DNA from: the human T2T-CHM13v2.0 reference genome, Homo sapiens
DNA length: 64,000 nt
Reading direction: 5' to 3' (one strand)
Assembly: GCF_009914755.1 (NCBI RefSeq)
Contig: NC_060937.1
Shown: positions 57,253-64,000 of the stretch, piece after piece
Layout: each line of letters starts with the position of its first letter
Numbering within the stretch: position 1 is the first letter of the stretch
Notes under the pieces: generated by a model
Told to the model about the DNA's origin: nothing
What the model saw: only the letters and a program-made list of their open reading frames with translations
The model's database searches: none
Made by a program: the position numbers and the translations under genes

Positions 57253-58018
57253 TAGAGGTGGGAACTACATTTGTGGTTATTCATAATCAAAGACAATTCT
57301 CCTAACCATTTCTGTATAAAACCAGCATTTGGACATAATTCCCACATAATTTCTCTTTCTTGGTGTAGAAAGCATTCACAACTGAGTTTTGAATGGTTCA
57401 CACTCTTAAACTGTCTTAAACAATGTTGTGTTATGTTGCTCCTAATGAATTGCAACTTGGCTATTTTTAAAAATCCCAAACACAGAAGATTATTTTTGTT
57501 CAAATATCAACTTTAGATTTTAGTTTTCCCAAACAATATTGTTTTAAATGAAGGTTTATATTACTGATTTCTGTAAAGCCACTTGCAGTCATATAAAAGT
57601 ATGCCCTTTTGTTAGAAACTATGCCTCATTAAAGCTTTAGGGTTTTTCCTCTGTCTGTCCTAATGGTAATTGCCCCATTGACCCTTACAATGTAGCTATT
57701 TTGAAGGCTATCTCCTTTCTGCCCACTCTTTTCTTGGGCTTAATCCTGTGGTGTTAGCAGCCTAACGTGGGCAATATGTATTCCGGGCCTCATTGAAATT
57801 CAAGGCATCATTTTATAAGAGAGAGGGTTAATGGTGAAACTGGCAAAACTGCTCACAAAGTTGACGTGACACCTTCAGCCCTTTCAGGACTCACTGCCAT
57901 ATACAAGATGTAGAGTGACATTCTTAAACAATTCATACATCCAACAAAATATTTACTGAGGCTTCCAGGTGTCAAATAATGGGGATAAGAGCACTGAATA
58001 ATTTATACAAAAACTCTT

Positions 58019-58337
58019 AGCCGGGCATGGTGGCTCACGCCTGTAATCCTAGCACTTTGGGAGGCTGAGGCAGGCAGATCACGAGGTCAGGAGATCGAGA
58101 CCATCCTGGCCAACATGGTGAAACTCTGTCTCTACTAAGAATTACAAAAAATTAGCTGAGAGTGGTGGTGTGTGCCTGTAGTCCCAGCTGCTTGGGAGGC
58201 TGAGGCAGGGGAATTGCGTGAACTCAAGAGGGAGGTTGCAGCGAGCCAAGATCGCGCCACTGCACTCCAGCTTGGCGACAGATCAAGACTCCATCTCAAA
58301 AAAAAAAAAAAAGAAAGAAAGAAAAAAGAAAAAAAAA
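58019..58337 (+). mobile_element. AluSc-like with TSD
   Basis: aaaaactctt / aaaaattctt flanks. Confidence 0.92.
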
Positions 58338-59539
58338 TTCTTGCTTTCATCCTGGCTTTCTTCTGAAACTTTCTGGCTTCCTGGCTTTGGAGGTTTGGGA
58401 ATTGAAGAAAATAAAGTAAAAAAGATAATAAAAACAACCAAAGAGGAAAGGTTTTTCTAGATCTAGACATCCTACTCTCCCATACAAGATTTATGTTGAT
58501 GGAACAACGATGTAAAATAAGAAAATTCCTGAGATAATTTTAAAAAGAGGGCAGAAAAAACTCATAGTAGACTTCATCGAGGAATGTATAAAATGGGTAG
58601 AACCTGGAGTATTCAGTGGCAAAATCTTGGACATAGGAATACAGTAACACAACATATTGGTCTAGCAAGCACTGGAGGAGACTGAGGCGGAATTGTCCAG
58701 CGAATCCCACAAAAATGGAAATGAAGAGGTCTCAGTATCTCTAGGTGCCCGGGTCCGATGGAATACCGATGTACATACCTTTTCTAACACAGTAGCATTA
58801 GTTTATATATCAGCATTACCTCTCTTTTGTTTCAGTTGATAAGTATCCTACTGTAATCCATTCATTCACACTTTGCTTGTTCATTGTTGAAACAAATTCT
58901 CCCTGGAACAAAATTCTAGTAACCAAATACATCATATCAGGGGAAACTTCCTTACAGCAGGGATGGTATTAAAGTAAAAAGAGGAGGAAGTCCCTTCTTC
59001 AGCTCTGGCAGGGACCCGGCTGGGGAGGAAACCTTCCCGCAAGGTAGGTGATCTGCTGTGGTGACCAGGCTAAACCCACTCTACAGCTGCAGGAGGGACT
59101 GGCATCCCTTAGAGGTGAAGAGGGGAGGAGACCCACCTCCTGGAATGTGTCCCTGTGGTCTCCAGATGATTTCTTCCTCTAATAAGGACAATTCTGCCAA
59201 AGGAATGGAATGCTTCGTCACAGGCTCAATTACTCTGTCTCCGCCAGCCTACCACCTATAAACAATTCCTCAAATTAGGAAAGCGGGGAGATTTAATAAA
59301 GACATAACACGTAAAGTGTAGGAAAACTATTTGTATGGCATTCCGAGACGACTAGGTCAGAGTTAACAAGTAAGGAGCAAAGTAGTTAATAATACCAATT
59401 CTGTTTACCCATCACAACACCTGTGCTGAATGTCAGGGTTTAAAAAAATCTCCCAACCTTTATCTAAAAAGATAGGGCTACGTAACAATCGGTGTGGTTT
59501 TTGTCGGTAGAGGTCTAGGAAGCCGCAAGAGTAGTGGAC

Positions 59540-60700
59540 GCCTTGACAGCTGCCCTTCTCGCGGGCCCCGCGGCGGCGTGCCCGTGTGGTTGCGTGCGCG
59601 CGGACGGGGCGGGGCTGAGGAGGGACGTGCGCGCGCGCGGACGGGGCGGGGTGGAGCTCGGAGGGCGGACGCGCTCGGGGCCGTCTGGTCGGCAGGGGGC
59701 GCTGCGCACCCATGCCGCGCTCTGCCTGCCCCCGGGTGCTGTCCGCGGCGGTTCGATTGGAGCAGCCGCCGAAGAGCGCTTGGCGCCATTTTGAAGCGGA
59801 GAGGAGGAGGAACGGCAGGGCTGGCTGCGGAAGGGGAGGGGGGGGAGAAGGCGATTGGATGCGGCGGCGGCGGCGGATCCCGGAGAGCCCCGGAGTGAGA
59901 GGAGTAGCGAGTCGGCAACCCGGAGGTAGGAAACAATTCAGTTAACGGAAAGAAAATGTCTCTCTTCTCTGGCTGCGGCGCTCCATTTTTCAGCGGCCGC
60001 CACTGCCGCTGTGTGCGTGTGTGTGGCAGGGCTGAAGCGCCGCCCGCCTGGGTGCCAGGCGCGACTCGCCTCCCGGCATCGGGGGCTGCAGCGGGTGGCT
60101 GCCTGGCGGTGGCCCGGGGCGGGGGTCGCGGGGCGCGGGCCGGCTGCGCGGTGGGGGTGGGGAGGGCCCCGCGGCCGGCGCGCGCCTCCACGCCGCGGGT
60201 TCTGCCGCAGCCTCTGGAAATTAAACTTGCCGCTCTGATCCCGGCCGGGGCGGCGGCGGCGGCGGGCGGTGACCTTGCGCGCGGGCGGGGGTCTCGGGGC
60301 CGCCCGGCCGCCCGCGCCCTCCCGCCGCCGCCGTCGCCGCCGCCGCGCCCCTCCCCCCGCGCCCCGGCCGGCCGGCGGCTGTTTCCCGGGCGGCAGGCGG
60401 GCGGCGCGGTGCTCCTGTTGAATCCTCCCGCGGGCGGGCTTCTCCCCCTTCCGGGCGAGGGGCGGGCGGGGACCGCGGGTCGGGGCCGCGGGCGCTCTCG
60501 CCCCCGCCGCCGGGTCCCCGCGCGCCGCCTGGCCTCCGCTTCGGGCCAGGGGACGGGCTGAGCGTGACATTTTTGCACTGTCCCTCGCCGCTCGCCGGAG
60601 GGAAATCGCGCTCACCGCGCCACCCCGAGTGGTCCCCGAGCAGCCAGTTGAGTAAGAGCCCAGCACTGGCGTGGAGGGACTCCTCCCAGGCCACAACTGG
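59540..60700 (+). promoter_or_regulatory. CpG island / PDS5B promoter
   Basis: Very high GC and CpG; GC boxes (59606-59615, 59643-59651), GCGC NRF1-like tracts, ATTGG 59756-59760, YY1 CGCCATTTT ~59785-59793. Confidence 0.93.
59720..59925 (+). other. PDS5B: PDS5B non-coding exon 1 (5' end approximate)
   Basis: Donor GAG|GTAGGA at 59926 inside the CpG island. Gene identity from recalled 5'UTR and known adjacency to N4BP2L2; no PDS5B coding sequence in window. Confidence 0.75.
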
Positions 60701-63700
60701 GTTCTAGCTTTCCTTTCAGAAGGAACGGCGGGGAAAATGGTGTGCAATTGTGACTCGTTATTGTTTTTGCACTGTTATTTTAATGTTACTTTAAAAGTTT
60801 TCGGTCCGGAGAAAAACCTTGTTTGTTGTTGTTGCTGCTACTGCTGTTGGTTTTTGGTAGAGACGTGAAAGCTAACTCTTAAGTAGCTCGACAGTTATTT
60901 TGGACGAATGACTGAAACCAGAAACGCCGCCCCTCGCCTTCGGAGCTGCAGGCTGCTGCGTTCCTTGCCGCGGACGGGGCGAGCTCCGGGAAGGGTTGGT
61001 AGAGCAGCTACCCACCCACTCCACGCGCGTCTTCAACAGCCTCTCTCCCCCAGCGAGGGTTAACCCTTTTTTATGTCGAAGAAAGTGCTTCTCGTACTTT
61101 TAATAAGAGGTGATGGATGGGCAGTGGTGCCCAGACTGATCCTACCCTGTTGATGAAATAGTTTCGAAAACTTTGGGTATAGCCTTAATTTAGAGGGTTG
61201 GTCTGCGGTGTGGAGAGAGTTGGGTAATCCTATACTATCTTCCTAATGAACTTCAAAAACTCAAGTTGTGTTTACATACAGGAGGCGAGCTGTAAATAAA
61301 TCGTAATTACCCAATGCTTGAACGGCAGTATAGTCATTGTTCTCAGTTAACACATCCCGAGTTCCCAGACAGAACGTTTTTTATATTAACTCATGTAGTG
61401 GTCAGGTAAAGTAATTAAAAGCCACAAATATGGACTTGAAAGACAGCTCTTCATGCAGTACACATGTCTGAGATGTTCGCATCTTTAGGGACAATAAAAT
61501 GAGTATTCAATGGTGTATGCAGGTCAGTTCGTGCAACAATTAATCTTGTATCTCATGGTGATAGCAGAAAACCTAATTAAAATTTGTAGTGCTGAATATG
61601 TAGGTGAAAATTACATGGGAACTTTTATGTGAAGATAGATTTAGTCTCAGAAACTTAACTGTAAAAACACATCTTAAGAACATTATTCCTTATAAATAAA
61701 ATTTGTACTTAATATACATTTACAAATATGTCTAACAAGATGCACTTTAGACTTTATAAAAATTACCAAAATAGTGACTTTTTCCTCCTTTTTCTGATGG
61801 TTTTAAAAATTGTTCTCTTCTCAGCTGGCGTTTACTTAAAGGTATATTTTAAATGGGAAGGTAGTGTTTGTCTTGGCCTTTTTTCTTTTTTTCTTTTCTC
61901 CTTGTTTCGGTTAAGGCTGATTTTCCCTATATTAACTTTTCTTTTACAGCAGCTTTTGTTACTCTTGTAGGCTTTGTTCTCTCGTGTTATGTCTCTCCCC
62001 TCTCCCCATATTAGAGAGAGATGTGGTGATGATAGTGATTGTTGTTAGGAGATGTTTGTATTAAGCTTATTTGTAATAAGATTCTACCGAGTTGGCTGTT
62101 GGATGAAAGTTGTTTAAATTGTTCTGCAGCTTTGTTTAACGAAGTAACATTTTGAGCAGTAGGCTTTATCAATAATTTGTTAGGCCTAAGATAAAGTGAT
62201 ACTCTGTATTAGGCAGGGCTTGCCCTGGAGAGGGGTGCAATGGTAGAAAATACCCAAAACTTTGTGGGGAAGGAATATTTCGGGAAGCTGTATTCTTTCT
62301 GCTTTACCTCTTGGGAAATTTAGAGACTGCCTTAGAACTAACAGGAGTGCTCAGTATGATTTGGCATACGGACTCTTGAATGACATGGACTGTATATAAC
62401 GTATATTGGAAAAGAATACATTTGTGTTTCCTCTGTTAGTGTTAAAGAGCAACAAGAAAACTTAAGGATGATCTCCAACTCACTTATACATGAGAAATTA
62501 GGTTCAGATTTTAATTTCATTGATTTATCTGAGGTCACAGTCATATTCATGTGGTGGAACTGGGGCAGCCCTTAGATATCCTGGAAGCTTAGAAGTTTCC
62601 CCATTGTCTTTTTTTGTTCTATTCAGGATTTAGCAATATTTATTAATAAAAATTCAGGGTAGTACATTACCCTCCATCCCCTTCTCACCTTTTTATTCAT
62701 TTAACCAAGAATAAAGTTTTGTGGTTAGCCGTCTGTTTCAGCGTCTGGTTTTTAATAATTTCTGTTTAGGATTCAGTCCATTTAGGTTGTCTCAGAAGAT
62801 AGCCTCTTGTAGGTCTCTGTCTCCGGGAGCCGTCTTTCTTTGTGTAACATTACTTGACATGGCATTTATTTATTCTTTGTGAAACTTCTAAGAGTAATTT
62901 GGGAAAGTTAGTATTGACCTTTGTTTTGTTACAAGATATAGTGCGTGCATGAGTATGCGTGTATTTTTTCATTTTTAAACTCAGTTTGCTACACAAGTCA
63001 TCTGTCACTTCTAGTTACAATAGGCGTTTTACTTGGTTTTCGTATTCCTGTTCGGGAATGTTAAAGATTCCAAAAATACTTAGTTTAAAAACAAGCCCAG
63101 TAGTTTCTCTGAGAGTGTATTTACTTTTTAAGTTTAAGAAGCTGCCAAATGGTTCGCAATTCTGACTCCTTGGAGAGTAGAGGTAAGAAGCCCTTTCCTC
63201 ACACTGTTCTGTTACAACCACTTGATTCTAACCATTTCCCCCCATTACTTGAAAAAGGTTTTAGAATCCTTTCTCATTAATTAGTTCAGAATTAAGAATA
63301 AATTTGCTGTGTTGAGACTGTAATTGTTTTAGCTGGCATGAGTGATCGTGCACAGTGAAAAAATCATGATAATAAAACTTAGATGAATAAAATTTATTTG
63401 TTCAAATCTTAAAGCCTTTGAGGTTTAAAAAGTATAATCATTGTGTTCTAATAATTAGACATTAATAATAAGTAGTAATTAAAAATACTTGGTTTAGCTA
63501 TGTAAAACATAAAAGCTAACAGGCTTGGGGGAAAGACTGATTAAAGTAAGAAACTATTTTGAGGCATCTTTTTAAGGACTAAAAGTATTCCACTAGCCTG
63601 CCATTCTCTTTTTTGACAGATAATTACCTGATTCAATTAAAATGAACAGGTACAAAACTTCCATATACATACAGTACCAGGGATGATGCACTAAACAGGA

Positions 63701-64000
63701 CTGAAGACACCCTGTCCTATAGAAGTGCAGAGTAGTGGTTGGCCATCCACAGCAAGGTGATGAGAGCTGAGACAGACCAGAGAGTAGGATCTCTGCTGTT
63801 ACTTAGTTCCGAAGGAGCAGGCCCTCCTTCCTTTTCAGTGGCAGTTGAGGTTGCTCTTTTTATGTGGGAGAGTGAAATTAGCCAAGATTAGATCCCATAA
63901 GGAGAAGGAGGGGCTCTTATAACCAAGACCATTGTCTTTCTCTAGAAGAGGATGGTTAGGGACCTGAAAAGAAATGAGATTTTGTGTTTCCTTAGGTAAG

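Noticed and set aside
59478-60747. Long ORFs (366, 269, 201, 157 aa) over the CpG island
   Set aside because: Overlapping Arg/Pro/Ala/Gly-rich ORFs on both strands are expected from stop-codon scarcity in GC-rich DNA; no domain recognised.

Overview
Human-like (primate) genomic DNA, recognisable as the divergent N4BP2L2 / PDS5B interval (13q13, identified from memory, not a database search). Minus strand: N4BP2L2 promoter and exon 1 (~11.9-12.1 kb), a 1259-nt coding exon 2 (10292-9034, ending just after the P-loop GLPGSGKT) and a 125-nt coding exon 3 (794-670). Plus strand: PDS5B CpG-island promoter, non-coding exon 1 (donor after 59925) and start of intron 1. The ~47 kb between them is mostly Alu, L1, MaLR/ERV LTR, L2/MIR and DNA-transposon relics, and nearly all short ORFs in the track are repeat-derived noise. 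I see no new multi-gene system. The best leads are: (i) three local templated duplications, including a 54-bp copy of the N4BP2L2 exon-1 donor region pasted into an L1; (ii) an exon-1 ATG that is out of frame with exon 2 but in frame with exon 3; (iii) inverted Alus flanking the ATG-first exon 2 (circRNA ORF); (iv) a full-length THE1 element whose 3' LTR has a perfect DUX4 site and a splice donor, upstream of and co-oriented with PDS5B. Repeat subfamily calls and boundaries are by eye and approximate.
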